Positions 24,083 through 36,385 of a stretch of 64,000 nt of DNA are shown in pieces. The stretch is from Malacoraja senta (lineage: Eukaryota): positions 1 through 64,000 of the forward strand of contig JAXLNO010000030.1 of assembly GCA_038087875.1 (NCBI GenBank), given 5' to 3'. The notes beneath the pieces are model-generated. The model saw only the letters and a list, made by a program, of their open reading frames with translations. It searched no databases and had not been told where the DNA came from. Each line of letters opens with the position of its first letter. Within the stretch, counting starts at the first letter, position 1. Made by a program: the position numbers and the translations under genes.

Positions 24083-25037
24083 ATAATAATAATAATAATA
24101 ATTCATTTTATTTGCTGGCGCCTTTCTAAAACCCAAGGACACCTTACAAGGCATAGAATCACAAAAATACAAAACACATAATCGGAATAAATTAAATATA
24201 AAAACACCACAGTACACAAATCAAGGACAGAATTCAATTTCAAAAGCACAAAAAGAAAATAAGAAACACAATTTGAGGAGAGAGCAGCGGCGACCAATTC
24301 GCGCCAGCGTCCACTCTCCCCTCCGACCGCCATCTTGCACACATACTAACAGGCACAGCACACAAAAATCATCCCCCCACAATGACCACCACTGTGGGGG
24401 AAGGCACAATGTCCAGTCCCCCAACCCAGTTCTCCCCAGAGTCGGGCCCAATGAGGCCTCCACAGTTGCCTCTACGGAGGCCCGATGTTCCTGGCCGTCA
24501 GGAGAGTCCTCGCAGCGGCTGGAACGGCCGGTTTCCCAGCGGAGTCTATGCCACCTGAAGCCGACAGGTCCGCGCCGAGTTGGAGCCACGAGGCTCCCGA
24601 TGTTGGAGTCGGCGCCGCCCGCAGTCGCTCCGCAGTCCCGCAGCCCGGAGGTGTTGATCTCGGCGGTCAACGCATACCGGAGCTCCAGCGCGTCAATCCA
24701 GCGCGTCGACGCAGGCAAGGCATCGCCCGCTACGCTCCCCGATAGCGCTCCAGCGCTGTGCCGCCACCGAAGCTGAAGGTGCTGGGCGGTCCCCGTCAGG
24801 AAACGGTGCTCCATGCCCGCTGGTAGGCCACGAGGACGGGTCGACGAGGCAGCCTGGAGAAAAAGCTGCCTCACCGACCAGGTAGGGACCCAGAAATAGT
24901 TTCCCCCTTACCCCCCACATTAAAAGTCAAAATTCCCCAAACAAACAAAGAAATTAAAAAAGCTAAAACTAAAGAAAAAGTGAATTTGACGGACGGCTGC
25001 TGTTTAGCAGCCGTTCCTCCAAGATGGCGGCTCCTCC
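24083..25037 (-). mobile_element. Non-autonomous CpG-rich retroelement with an L2-type 3' end
   Basis: It interrupts the L1 reading frame. The minus-strand 3' end is gtaaggtgtccttgggttttagaaaggcgcc..aaataaaatgaa(tta)n and the 5' end is gccgccatcttgg. Confidence 0.65.
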
Positions 25038-25511
25038 TGATGTATTGTAAGCTTTCGTCCCATATATCCTTGGAGATGTGTTGACCCATCTCATCCTCCC
25101 ATCAATGCCAGTAAACCTCAGATGATGTGGTGTCGATGTTTTGGTGGGCATTGTAAATGTGGGATATCAACTTCTCTGTATCAGCATGTCTATTCAAACA
25201 CTCATCAAGTTTGTCTGGACTTGCAGAGGAGTAGTCTTGCCTGTATGTTCTCACGTAGTCCCTAACCTGGAGGTATCTGAAACAATTATTAGTTCAGATC
25301 GTATTTCTCCTGCAACTCTTGGAAGGAGGAAAGAGTCCCCTTCTGATAAAGGGCTCCCACATAATTGATTCCATTATTCTTCCATTGAACAAAAACACCA
25401 TCTAGAGGGTTTAAAAGAGGGATTGTTTGCAATAGGAAGAAGGAGAGACATGTCTCTCAATTTGAGACTAAGCTTCAACTGTTTCCAGATATGAATAATA
25501 CCATGTATTAT

Positions 25512-25850
25512 AGTGAATGGTAGTGGTAGACTACCATAGTAGGTACTATGAGTATGCAGTGATGGTCAATTACAGCAGAAAAGACTGTACAGGCATTAGC
25601 AGAGATCTTCACCAGGCACAGGTTGCCTGTTACATTGTACTCCGACAATAGGCCACAGTTTGTTTCTGAGACATTTGCTGAATACATGAGAATCACAGGC
25701 ATCCATCATCACAAGGTGACTCCGAAATGGCCACAAACTAACGGAGAAGTAGAGTGACAAAACCAGTCCATAGAGAAGAGGATACGAATCACTCATGCAG
25801 AAGGGGAAAACTGGAAGGAGGCGCTGTTAGGATACGTAGCTGTATATCGG
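25512..25850 (+). pseudogene. Gypsy/Ty3-type integrase core fragment
   Basis: Manual translation: VVVDYHSRYYE..ALAEIFTRHRLPVTLYSDNRPQFVSETFAEYMRITGIHHHKVTPKWPQTNGEVE*QNQ (rve D-D-E pattern). Confidence 0.85.
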
Positions 25851-25864
25851 GCGATCACTCAAAA

Positions 25865-26765
25865 GTCCCCTCATTTCTCCTCCCCACACCTCCTCTCTGC
25901 GGCTCCACTCTCCCCCTCCCCTCTCCCCCTCCCCTCCCATCTCGCCTTTTCTTCCCCTCCTCTCCTCCATTCTCCCCTCCTCTCCTCCTCCCCCCCTCTC
26001 CCTCTCGCCTCTCTCCCCCCTCTCCTGCTCTCCTCTCCTCTACTTCCCTCTCCTACACTCCTCCCCTGTCCTCCTCTCCTTTACTTTCCTGTTCTCTCTC
26101 CCCTACTCCCGCTCACCTCCCCTCCCCTCTCCTCTCCGCCCCTCTTCCTCCCCTCCCATCTCTCCTCCTCTCTTCTCTCCCCTCTCCTACCATCTCCGCG
26201 TCTACCCTCCTCTCCCCTATCCTCCCCTCCTCTCCCCGCCTCTGCCCTCCTCCCCTCTCCTCTCTCTCCTCCTGCACTGCCCCCCCGCATTTCTCGCTCC
26301 TCCTCTCCTTTAGTTTCCTCTCCTCTCTCCTCCTCACCACTCCTCTCCTCCCGTTACCTCCCCTCTCCTCCCCTGCTCTCGCCCCCCTCTCATGTCCTCT
26401 CCCCACTCCCCATCCTTACTTCTCCTCTACTTTCCTCTCCCCCCTCCTCCCCTCTCTTCTCCCCTCCACCCTCCTCCTTGCCTCTCCTCTCCAAACCTCC
26501 TCTCTTCTCCCCTCATTTCCTCTCCTCTCCTCCCATCTCTTCTCTCCTCCCCTTCTCCCTTCTCCAAAACTCTCTGCTCCTCACCTCTCATCTTTCCCCC
26601 TCCCCTCCAATCTCTCCACTTCTCTCTCCTCTCCTTTCCTCTCCACATCTCTTCTCCCCTCCCCCTCCTCATCTTCTCCTCCTCTGCCCTCTCCTCTCCT
26701 CTCCTCCCCTACTGTCTTGTCTCCCTTCTCTCTCTCCTTCTCTCTCCTACTCTCCCCCCCCGTCC
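25865..26765. repeat. CT-rich low-complexity tract
   Basis: (ctctc/ctccc)n degenerate repeats. The Pro/Ser/Leu ORFs here are artefacts. Confidence 0.92.
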
Positions 26766-27244
26766 GCGCTCTTTAAAGGACTTACCGTAATCTGTTGCAG
26801 CCGTTTACTTTCATCTTCATTGCGCAGACAGCGCTACTCCGCTCTCCATGGCCCCCACCTTCACAATGTGTGTGTGTGTGTGTGCGCTTCAGTCGATCCA
26901 GCTCGCGGTTTCAACGCAGCCGGTCGATCCAGCTCGAGGCGGAAACCACTTTCGACCATTAGGGAGAGTGACCAAAACCTCCTGTGACCTCGTGGCGACC
27001 TTGCAGCGACCATGGGTAGCGGGCAACATCACCAGAGGTTGCCGTGGAGGTCTCCTAAGTGGATCAGGCCTTATAGATGGACAACAATATAGATGGATAA
27101 TCAAGTGGGTTGAGGTGTTTTCAATGAACATGCTTTCCCATGCATTCCTGTCATCCACTATCAACAACAGGCCTCTCTCTGTATACTATTCCTATTCTGT
27201 GATACTTTCCTTTCCATACTATGATCAACACTAACATGTAGTCA

Positions 27245-27660
27245 GTTATCTCCGGTTTAGTCCAAATTTCCTTACAGGTGTGACTTTTATTCCAAACACC
27301 ATGGGGAATGCTTCAATTCAGCCAAATTCAGTCTCAGCCTTTAATTTACTATTTTGAGTATCAGGGTCTGTCTTACCCCTTTCCAATCCACACCTTGTGG
27401 TCGATAAGCAGAATTAAATTCAATTGCTGTGGAATTCCCAGCTTTTTAATTTCATCAATTTATTTCCATATGTGGATCATTATTTTAAATCAAGCCAATT
27501 AAGAATGCCAAATCTAGGGACAATTGTTACACCTTAATAATAGCCGCTTTATTATCAAGGGATAGATAAATTTCGACCCACCGGTCAAATACATCGGCTC
27601 TGACAACAAGTATCCACTCCCCTGGTACTTCTTTCAACCTACTCAACTCTTTTTCTAGTA
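27245..27660 (-). pseudogene. Heavily decayed retroviral (ERV-like) integrase; upstream ~27660-29180 is probably decayed gag/pol of the same element
   Basis: Minus-strand manual translation across frameshifts: KYQGSGYLL/..DVFDRWVEIY..IVPRFGI..LGIPQQ..SAYRPQ..RQTL..KLKAET..TPVRKFGL. Confidence 0.65.
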
Positions 27661-29186
27661 TGTAGAACAGACTCACAGACATTAGGGATTCTTCCTTATA
27701 ACTAGTCTCCTCCTACCACTGAGTAACTTTCTGGATGGTTAGTATCGACCTCTCCGAGGGGAACTCGTCATTTAAAATTTCAGTCCATCTCATCATTCTA
27801 CACCACCAGCTTATGTTCCCAGGACAATTCCATCCCTGTTAAATCCACACCGTAATTTCTGATATCTACTAGGGTCTGTCCTTTTCTTGATAGTCACTAA
27901 ACAGTCCTGTCTCATCCCCGATTGTTCTCCTATGGGTGAGACAAGAAAATATGCCGTCAACAATCAATTCTCCAAATTATTTTTAAAACTAATCCCAGAA
28001 GTCATTTCCAAATACTTAATTTTTAAAGTCCTTAATCATGAATCAAAATTAATCAAAATGTTGCCACAAGTAGGTGTCCCCGAACCACTGAGGAGGTTTC
28101 ATTCCAGATTCCCACATTCAGTAAATTGGAGCTTGCCGCAATGGTTTCTAGAGGCTATCTGTATTTCTTTCAAATTCCTGAGACGGTCGTTCTTCTCTTT
28201 TCACTGGTGTCAATTATCTTATCATGTTGGTAAGGTTGGACACGAGGGTAAGTATATCTTCTTTCTCAAATTTGCAGGAGCAGGAATACCTCTTAAAGGA
28301 GCAGTCTTCTTTTCTGTTGGCCTTTCCTGGGTTGTGTTCTCTCTTGTTGATCTCTGTCTCTGGGGAGCTACTTGGATGGAAATGGTTACACATCCTACCT
28401 GAGCTGTGTCTTCTGCCCGTTCTTGAGGGTCCACATACTCTTTTACCTCACTCCCCAGATGGTGGCGTGTCATAAGCAATACTGTACTGAAGGCACAACT
28501 CAACAACAAGTTATGAAACGAGTTTACACTTGCTCCTATTCCTCTCCTACAACTCCTGCGCAATAGATTCCTCTCTTCCTTCCCCTAGTGCCATCTGAGT
28601 TCCCTTGATATCTTCTTCTTTAGACACCAGCTACTTTGTCTTTTTCCTTAGTTTCCTTATTGCCCCTTGATTTCTCTTCCACTGCTATATTGTCTTCTGG
28701 AAGGGCACTCTTTACTCCAATGACCTAATTGTGTACAGATACAAGAAGCTCCCAAATTTACAGTGTTCTTTGCTTCCAGGTGCTTCTTTAAAATTGCTTA
28801 CAGTTCCCTCTCTTCTGATCTTCAGTCTTAATGGTACACCCAATTCTTTCATTTTGGTAAATTACTTGAGTGGGTCCAAGGGCAGGGGTCATGTTACTCT
28901 GTGCATAACTTCTGGACTGGTAGGTGTGTCAGGATTGAGAGAACGGGTTTGTTTGTGAAAAAGGTGTTTGTCTTATTGGTTCCTGACATTCTGGCCAGCT
29001 CTCTCTGTGTTCTCTAGGACCCAAGAAGTCTCCTGAATTTAAAGTCCTCTTATCATTCCTGGGATCTTGGATGTTTCTATATCTAGGATCCCGAATATCT
29101 CCATGACCCTGGAAGTTCTTTCCTTGAACCCTTCTTCCTACTCGCTCCCTTGTTGGGCAAGCTCGGCTTCAATGTCCAATCCCCCC

Positions 29187-29775
29187 AAAAAGATGAGGTA
29201 CGAAGGTAAGCTAGCCAAGAATATAAAGCAGGAGAGTAAAAGCTTCTTTAGGTATGTGAAGAGGAAAAAATTAGTTAAGACCAAAGTTGGACCCTTGAAG
29301 CCGAAAAATGTGAATTTATTATGGGGAACAAGGAAATGGCAGATGAGTTTGGTACTTTGGATCCGTCTTCATTAAGGAGGACACAAACAATCTTCCTGAT
29401 TTACTAGTGGCCAGAGGATCTGGGGTGATGGAGGAACTGAAGGAAATCCACATTAGGCAGGAAATGGTGTTGGATAGACTGATGGGACTGAAGGCTGATA
29501 AATCCCCAGGGCCTGATGGTCTGCATCCCAAGGTACTTAAGGAAGTGGCTCTAGAAATCGTGGATGCATAAATGATAATTTTCCAATGTTCTATAGATTC
29601 AGGATCAGTTCCTGTGGATTGGAGGGTAGCTAATGTTATCCCACTTTTTAAGAAAGGTAGGAGAGAGAAAACAGGAAATTATAGACCAGTTAGCCTGACA
29701 TCGGTGGTGGGGAAGATTTACAATATACAGTATTTATAATATTCATCAATGATTTAGATGAAGGGATTCAAAACA
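29187..29775 (+). mobile_element. CR1 ORF2 internal fragment
   Basis: [42 protein letters not shown]. Confidence 0.9.
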
Positions 29776-30403
29776 ACCTTGCCACGACCTAACAACAAAC
29801 CGCAGGGTAACTGTCTGGCAACATTATTTACAATATATACAATGCTTTTGCAGTAATCCAATCATATCAATGAACTGAAGTTTTTTTTGCAGAATTTCAA
29901 TACATTTGATAATTAAGGGGAAATGAGGAGAACATTTGGATCCTTCACCATCCTGCATATCATTCTGAGGCTCAGGCTAATCGGCTCCATCCAAAGCCTA
30001 TCATTTTCCACTGACAAAGGTTAAGCAATTCTGACAAATGCAGGGATCTTCCATTTTACGGTGTCTTTAATTTGGTCAATATTAACTATTTCATTTGCAG
30101 GTATTTTGGAGTTCTCTGATATAAAAGTGTAATAAAGTAAAATAGTTAAGTGGTAGTTAGTTGAAGGCATAATACTGGGAACTGTGTAAGCCTCACATTT
30201 GTTTTCTTTATCAATGTGTTTTTTTAAAACTAATTATCTTTTTATAGATCAGTAAGTCAAACAATGACACTGAATACATTGAATCTAAATCGAACTGGAT
30301 GAGGTAAGGAAAGACTAATGCTGGTCATAATAATAAGCAATAACTGGGTTATTTAAAAAAGGAGACACAAGAGACCGCAGATGCTGGAATCTTGGACTAA
30401 AAG

Positions 30404-31443
30404 TAGCAATGTTACAACATTTTGAGATTTAAAAAAATCAAGTCTGCAATTTATCCCATCAGATAAAGCATAAAAATAAGTTTAATTTGACACCTAATTC
30501 ACTTTCATATCTTCAGTATTAAAAAAGTTATGGCCATTTTCATACTCGGAAATTAGCATCTTGTTCCCTATTGCTTTTCCACTGACTTAACACAAAAGCT
30601 GTGATCAAGGACAGTCAAAAGCCCATAACTTTCTTAAAAATTAAGAGAACTGAAATACATTTTCAGTTATTATAGATTGAAGCATTCTGAAACAAATATG
30701 AAACCATCTTACTTGGATGACCTGAAATTAAAGCATATCATTAGTTAGTTACCTAATTGTAGCTAATTACAAAATTCAATTACTAGATCTAAACATCTAT
30801 CCATTTCTTAAGAAAAGATTAACATTTTTAAATAGCCTTTGTCGAAATAACATTCACACAAGAATTCACAATATAACATGATTTTTAAATCTCATTGTCA
30901 TTAATTTATAGGCCAAATGGAAGGAATTTAGTGTTTAATTCCTGTAAATTAATGGCCATTTTAATCATCGCGAGTGGGATTTTGTGTAATGCGATCGATT
31001 GGAACGTTGCGGTTGTGGTCAATTTAAATCCCATATCGTCAGGAAAAATACTGCCGGTTCGTATGGGGCCTAAATCACCTTTTCGCAACGTAAAATTTGG
31101 ATTAAGGTAATCCTAAGAAGCACGTTTATATGAAAAAACAAACGGCTTTCCTTTAGCTGTCCTGTACGGGAAATCCGTCCCGTCATCGGCGTTGACGGCA
31201 TTAGAAGCGGATTTTTATTTTACTCCAGCGCTGAAATTGTCCCGCGTTTAAAAAAAAAAATTCACAGAACGGCAGACGGCACAATTCTTCAGCATTAGCT
31301 AGCAGCCCGAGAAAATATATCTCGGACAAGCAGGAGAATACCGCATTTTAACCCCGCCCCCCACCCCCAAAGGCGCCAAAGTCACGCACATGGCCAGTGG
31401 CAGAACTGCAGCCCCGCTGAAAGTAAGTTTTGTAACATACCTA
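30404..31443. mobile_element. Non-autonomous TIR DNA transposon, copy 1 (1040 bp), inserted in a Penelope-type repeat (30361-30403, 31444-31545)
   Basis: TIRs tagcaatgttacaa / ttgtaacataccta, flanking direct repeat ctaaaag, and a second copy at 39970-41010. Confidence 0.9.
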
Positions 31444-31550
31444 CTAAAAGCAAATTGTAAGAGGAACTCAGTTGGTCAGATAGTATCTGTGCAGGGAATC
31501 GACAGACAACATTTCGGATGAACTTTTTTCAGACTGATGGAGTATAATGG

Positions 31551-32390
31551 ATTTTATATCGAAGTCTCGTGATGAGACTACATGAAGAATCCGCCAGCCC
31601 GCATGCGCGTCAATACGTCGTTGCATGCCGTGGGATTCGGAGGCATCCGAAAATGCTCCGGCAGGTAAGCTGTTTTTCTTTGCTGGCTCCGAAAATAGAT
31701 GCAGCGGGCTCGGAGAGGCTGACAGGAGCGACCTGAACAGCTACCGCCGTTGAGGCTCCGGAAGGGAGCAGGCAGCCGGCCTCAGAGTAAACTGGCAGGC
31801 GTGACCTGCACAGTAAGCTCCACCAAGGCTCCAAAGAAGCAGCCTGTCGCACCAGGTTCGGAGTAACTGACAGGCGCGACCTGCACAGCAATGTCCATTT
31901 AAAGCTCCAAAAGGGAGTAGTTTGGCAAGCGTGGGGCCGAAGATGTGGACAGGCACGGCCTGCAAAAAGAACTTCGCTGAAGCTCCTATAAGGAGGTCGA
32001 TCCGGGCTCGGAGACGCTGGCAGGTAAGGTCTGCTTACTTACCTCCGTGGAAGCTCTGAAATGAAGCAGCCTGGCGACCCGGGCTCGGAAACACTGGCAG
32101 CATAGTCTGTCTAATACCTTCCACTGGCTCTGAAAAAGAGCAGGATGGCAACCCGGGCTCAGAGACGCTGGCAGGGTGGCCTGCACAGAAACCGCGGAAA
32201 GTTCCAAAATGGAACAGCTTGTTGGAACCGGGCTCAGAGAAGCTGGCAGGGTGTCCCACAGAGCAACCTCTGTGAAAGCTTCCAGAAGGAGCAGCTTGTC
32301 TACCCTGGTTCAGGGTAGACCAACTTGAAACTGGCTGTCCAAAATCTCGCCCGATGGACAGACTTGGAGAAGACCAGAAAGAAGTCAGGG
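31551..32390 (+). mobile_element. Third DIRS-like element, left terminus plus repetitive leader (may continue at 34152-34580)
   Basis: attttatatcgaagtctcgtgatgagactacatgaagaatccgccagcccgcatgcgcgtca resembles the DIRS left ends at 14448 and 16647. It is followed by degenerate tandem units containing ccgggctcggag..ctggcagg. Confidence 0.65.
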
Positions 32391-32391
32391 T

Positions 32392-34151
32392 TTTAGTTTT
32401 AGTTTAGTTCAGAGATACAGCGTGGAAATAGGAACCGACCAGCAATCACCTTTACATTAGTTCTAACCTACACACCAGGGACAATTTATGTTGGCCAATT
32501 AATCTGTAAACCTGTCTGTCTTTTGAATGTGGGAGGAAGCCGGAGCACCCGGAGGAAACACAAGGAGTCACAGGGAGAACGTGCAAACATAGAAACATAG
32601 AAACATAGAAAATAGGTGCAGGAGTAGGCCATTCAGCCCTTCGAGCCTGCACCGCCATTCAATATGATCATGGCTGATCATCCAACTCAGTATCCTGTAC
32701 CTGCCTTCTCTCCATACCCCCTGATCCCTTTAGCCACAAGGGCCACATCTAACTCCCTCTTAAATATAGCCAATGAACTGGCCTCAACTACCTTCTGTGG
32801 CAGAGAATTCCACAGATTTACCACTCTTTGTGTAAAAGAAGATTTTCTCATTTCGGTCCTAAAAGACTTCCCCTTATCCTTAAACTGTGACCCCTTGTTC
32901 TGGACTTCCCCAACATCGGGAATAATCTTCCTGCATCTAGCCTGTCCAATCCTTTAAGAATTTTATAAGTTTCTATAAGATCCCCCCTCAATCTTCTAAA
33001 TTCTAGCGAGTACAAGCCAAGTCTATCCAGTCTTTCTTCATATGAAAGTCCTGCCATCCCAGGAATCAGTCTGGTGAACCTTCTCTGTATTCCCTCTATG
33101 GCAAGAATGTCTTTCCTCAGATTAGGAGACCAAAACTGTATGCAATACTCCAGGTGTGGTCTCACCAAGACCCTGTACAACTGCAGTAGAACCTCCCTGT
33201 TCTTATACTCAAATCCTTTTGCTATGAATGCTAACATACCATTCGGTTTCTTCACTGCCTGCTGCACCTGCATGCCTACTTTCAATGACTGGTGTACCAT
33301 GACACCCAGGTCTCGTTGCATCTCCCCTTTTCCTAATCGGCCACCATTCAGATAAGTCTACTTTCCTGTTTTTGCCACCAAAGTGGATAACCTCACATTT
33401 ATCCACATTATACTGCATCTGCCATGCATTTGCCCACTCACCCAACCTATCCAAGACCTTGCAGCCTCCTAGCATCCTCCTCACTGCTAACACTGCCCCC
33501 CAGCTTCGTGTCATCCGCAAACTTGGAGATGTTGCATTCAATTCCCTCATTCAGATCATTAATATATATTGTAAATAGCTGGGGTCCCAGCACTGAGCCT
33601 TGCGGTACCCCACTAGTCACTGCCTGCCATTCTGAAAAGGACCCGTTTACTCCTACTCTTTGCTTCCTGTCTGCCAGCCAGTTCTCTATCCACATCAATA
33701 CTGAATCCCCAATACCGTGTGCTTTAAGTTTGCATACTAATCTCTTATGTGGGACCTTATCGAAAGCCTTCTGAAAGTCCAGATATAACACATCCACTGG
33801 TTCTCCCTTATCCACTCTACTAGTTACATCCTCGAAAAATTCTATAAGATTCGTCTGACATGATTTACCTTTCATAAATCCATGCTGACTTTGTCCAATG
33901 AATTCACCACTTTCCAAATGTGCTGCTATCCCATCTTTAATAACTGACTCTAGCAGTTTCCCCACTACCGATGTTAGACTAACTGGTCTGTAATTCCCCG
34001 TTTTCTCTCCCCCTCCCTTTTTAAAAAGTAGGGTTACATTAGCTACCCTACATTAGCTACCCTAAACACCATAGACAGCACCCATAGGCAGAATCTAACT
34101 CCGGTCCCTGGCGTTGTAAGGCAGCAACTCTAGCGCTGTGCCACCGTGCCG
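32392..34151 (-). mobile_element. tRNA-derived V-SINE (HE1-like), split by a CR1 (pieces 32392-32586 and 34064-34151)
   Basis: Minus-strand head ggcacggtggcacagcg (A-box-like), V-domain-like tcctccgggtgctccggcttcctcccaca, and (ctaaa)n tail. Confidence 0.8.
32587..34063 (-). mobile_element. 5'-truncated CR1 LINE
   Basis: [35 protein letters not shown], and a (TTTCTATG)n tail. Confidence 0.93.
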
Positions 34152-34584
34152 TCCTTGCGATCCCCCGTCGTAGTTTGAAGGAAGACTGAGACACTGGGAC
34201 AAACCCAAGACAACCAGCAATGGTCAGGTCTGGACTGCTGGGAAGAAGCCTCAGACAGCCAGCGCTTCAACCTCAGGCTAAGAGAGTGTCCTCGGCAAGC
34301 CTGAGGTGCCAGTGACTCTTCCAGCCCACAGACAATGAGGGACTGCGCCCACACACACACATGCACGCACGCATGTGCCCCCCCCCACACACACACACAT
34401 ACACGCGCGCAAAGACTAGCCACCAGGATATTCTGCTATCATCACTTCTTCAAGCTCAAAGGTTGAGCTGCCAGGGAGAAATCTGCACTGCAGAAAGAAG
34501 CCTGTGATCACCACAACTCCTCCTTCGAAGATCATATGACTAAGCTGTTGGAATAAGCCCGAGATCACCAGCATCTTGCCTTCC

Positions 34585-34800
34585 TGCGCCAGACCCAGGT
34601 TCGATCCCGACTATGGGTCCTTATCTGTATTGTGTTTGTGCGTTCTTCCAGTGACGTGTGAATTTCCCCGAGATCTTTGGTTTCCTCCTACACTCCAAAG
34701 AGGTACAGTTTGTTGGTAAATTGGTTTAGTATAAATGTAAATTGTCCCCAGTGTGTGTAGGATAGTTTCCACGCTGTATCTCTAAACCAAACTGAAAAAC
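34585..34800 (+). mobile_element. V-SINE fragment
   Basis: B-box ggttcgatccc, ggtttcctcctacactccaaag, and tail tttccacgctgtatctctaaac. Confidence 0.75.
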
Positions 34801-34809
34801 TACACTTTT

Positions 34810-35225
34810 TCCTTGTGCCTTCAACCTCCCAAAGGTCAACACCTCACACTTGCTCAGATTAAACTCTGTCAGCCATTTCTCTGCACATTTCTACATATGA
34901 TCGTCATCCCGCTGTATCTTCCGACAGCTTCCTCACTGTCTGCAACTCCTCCAATCTTGGTGTCGTTAGCAAACCCACTCAGCTATAGATTGGCAGCATC
35001 TTCACACATGCGCTCTGATGGTGAGAACCAGCGCCCCTATGTGGTCCTGGACATTCTTGCTGCTGTAAATAGAATAAAGCACCTGAGTTCACGGTTATTG
35101 TGAATGTCGGAGTGGTCACTGCCGAACCTGCCTCTCTTTCAATGCCACGCACCCTATCTACTCGTGCTGCCTCCTTCAGTGAGCGGTGAACCTTGTCTCC
35201 TAGATCCCACTGCACATCCATGCTG
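34810..35225 (-). mobile_element. Old CR1 fragments
   Basis: DVQWDLGDKVHRSLK..VDRV and FANDTKIGG-like remnants. Confidence 0.6.
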
Positions 35226-35227
35226 TC

Positions 35228-35622
35228 AATGAAGAAGGGTCTTGATCTGAAACATCACCCATTCCTTCTTGGTTGTATGAATATTGATTTCTCTAACATC
35301 AAGTAACACTTGCGGTCGCTCTCTCTCCATCCCTCCCCCACCCAAGTCGCACCAGCTTCTCGTTCTCACGTAGCACTCTGCCAACATTGTTTCCTTTATC
35401 ATCGTTATATTTTTTGAATATCTTTCATTTATCTGTTCTATATCTCTCTACATTACCATCGATATCTCTCGTTTCCCTCTCCCCTGACTCTCAGTCTGAA
35501 GAAGGGTCTTGACTCGAAATGTCACCCATTCCTTCTCGCCAGAGATGCTACCTCTCCCGCTGTTACTCCAGCATTTTGTGTCAATCTTCGGTTTAAACCG
35601 GCATCTGCAGTTCCTTCCTACA
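35228..35622 (+). mobile_element. Penelope-like terminal repeat/3' fragment
   Basis: tctgaagaagggtc..gaaa..tcacccattcc..gagatgct..ttactccagcattttgtgtc..gcatctgcagttcc, complementary to the repeat attached to the GIY-YIG fragment at 42840-43490. Confidence 0.7.
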
Positions 35623-35629
35623 CTGTTAA

Positions 35630-35860
35630 TGCTTTAGTTTAGTTTAGAGATACAGCGCGGAAACAGACCCACTGAATCCGCACCGACCAACAATCGCAAC
35701 ATATTATCACTATCCAACATGAGAGACAATTTTAACTTTTATGGCAAGCCAATTAATGTATATAATGTAAATTAATGAGCTGGACCTTGATGTTGGTTGC
35801 TTAAGATTAGTTTCGAGATACAGCGCGGAGACAGGCCCTTCTGCCCACCGAATCCGCACC
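35630..35860 (-). mobile_element. Two SINE 3'-end fragments
   Basis: tttagtttagagatacagcgcggaaacag and ttagtttcgagatacagcgcggagacagg. Confidence 0.65.
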
Positions 35861-36385
35861 AAGGAAGGAACTGCAGATGCTGGTTTACACCTAAGATAGG
35901 CACAAAAAGCTGGAGTAACTCCTCGGGGCAGGTAGCATCTCTGGAGAAAAGGAATAGGTGACGTTTTGGGTCAAGAAGTTTATTTGTCACATACGCATAC
36001 GAGATGTGCAGTGAAATGAAAAGTAGCAATGCTTGCGGATCGTGCAAGAAAACTACAAAACAGAATAGGACAGAATCAGTAATTACATATTGGTGAGAAA
36101 AAAAAAGCAATTTTAAAAAGACACAACACAACAGTAAATTAGTACAGTAAGTTAGTCCCTGGTGAGATAAGAGTTTACAGTCCTAATGGCCTCTGGGAAG
36201 AAACTCCATCTCATCCTCTCTGTTTTCACAGCATGACAGTGGAGGCGTTTGCCTGACCGTAGCCGGTGGAACAGTCCATTGCTGGGGTGGAAGGGGTCCC
36301 CCATAATGTTGCTGGCTCTGGATTTGCACCTTCTCATGTGTTAGGTATGTAATAATTAGCATATGTAATTAGTCTTGTGATGTCT

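Larger units (their letters stand above)
14198..25510 (-). mobile_element. Degenerate L1 ORF2 C-terminal fragment in three pieces (14198-14447, 23911-24082, 25038-25510)
   Basis: The joined reading ..DIWDESLQYI|HYCSLSARHCLIQFKVLHRLYYSKTKL..TKI|ERFWTEVF..KKLIKFWK is homologous to 11983-12807. Confidence 0.85.

Noticed and set aside
24221..24874. GC-rich ORFs of 217 and 167 aa on opposite strands
   Set aside because: Long ORFs are expected in GC-rich DNA, no domain was recognised, and they lie inside a retroposed insert.
25754..26987. 340-aa Pro/Ser/Leu-rich ORF and overlapping ORFs
   Set aside because: CT low-complexity DNA lacks stop codons by composition.
26770..27075. Possible Harbinger-like terminus (ctaagtggatcaggcct)
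   Set aside because: Only one degenerate end is visible and no matching TIR or TSD was found.
34064..34151. tRNA gene
   Set aside because: This is the tRNA-derived head of a SINE, with degenerate boxes and an attached SINE body.
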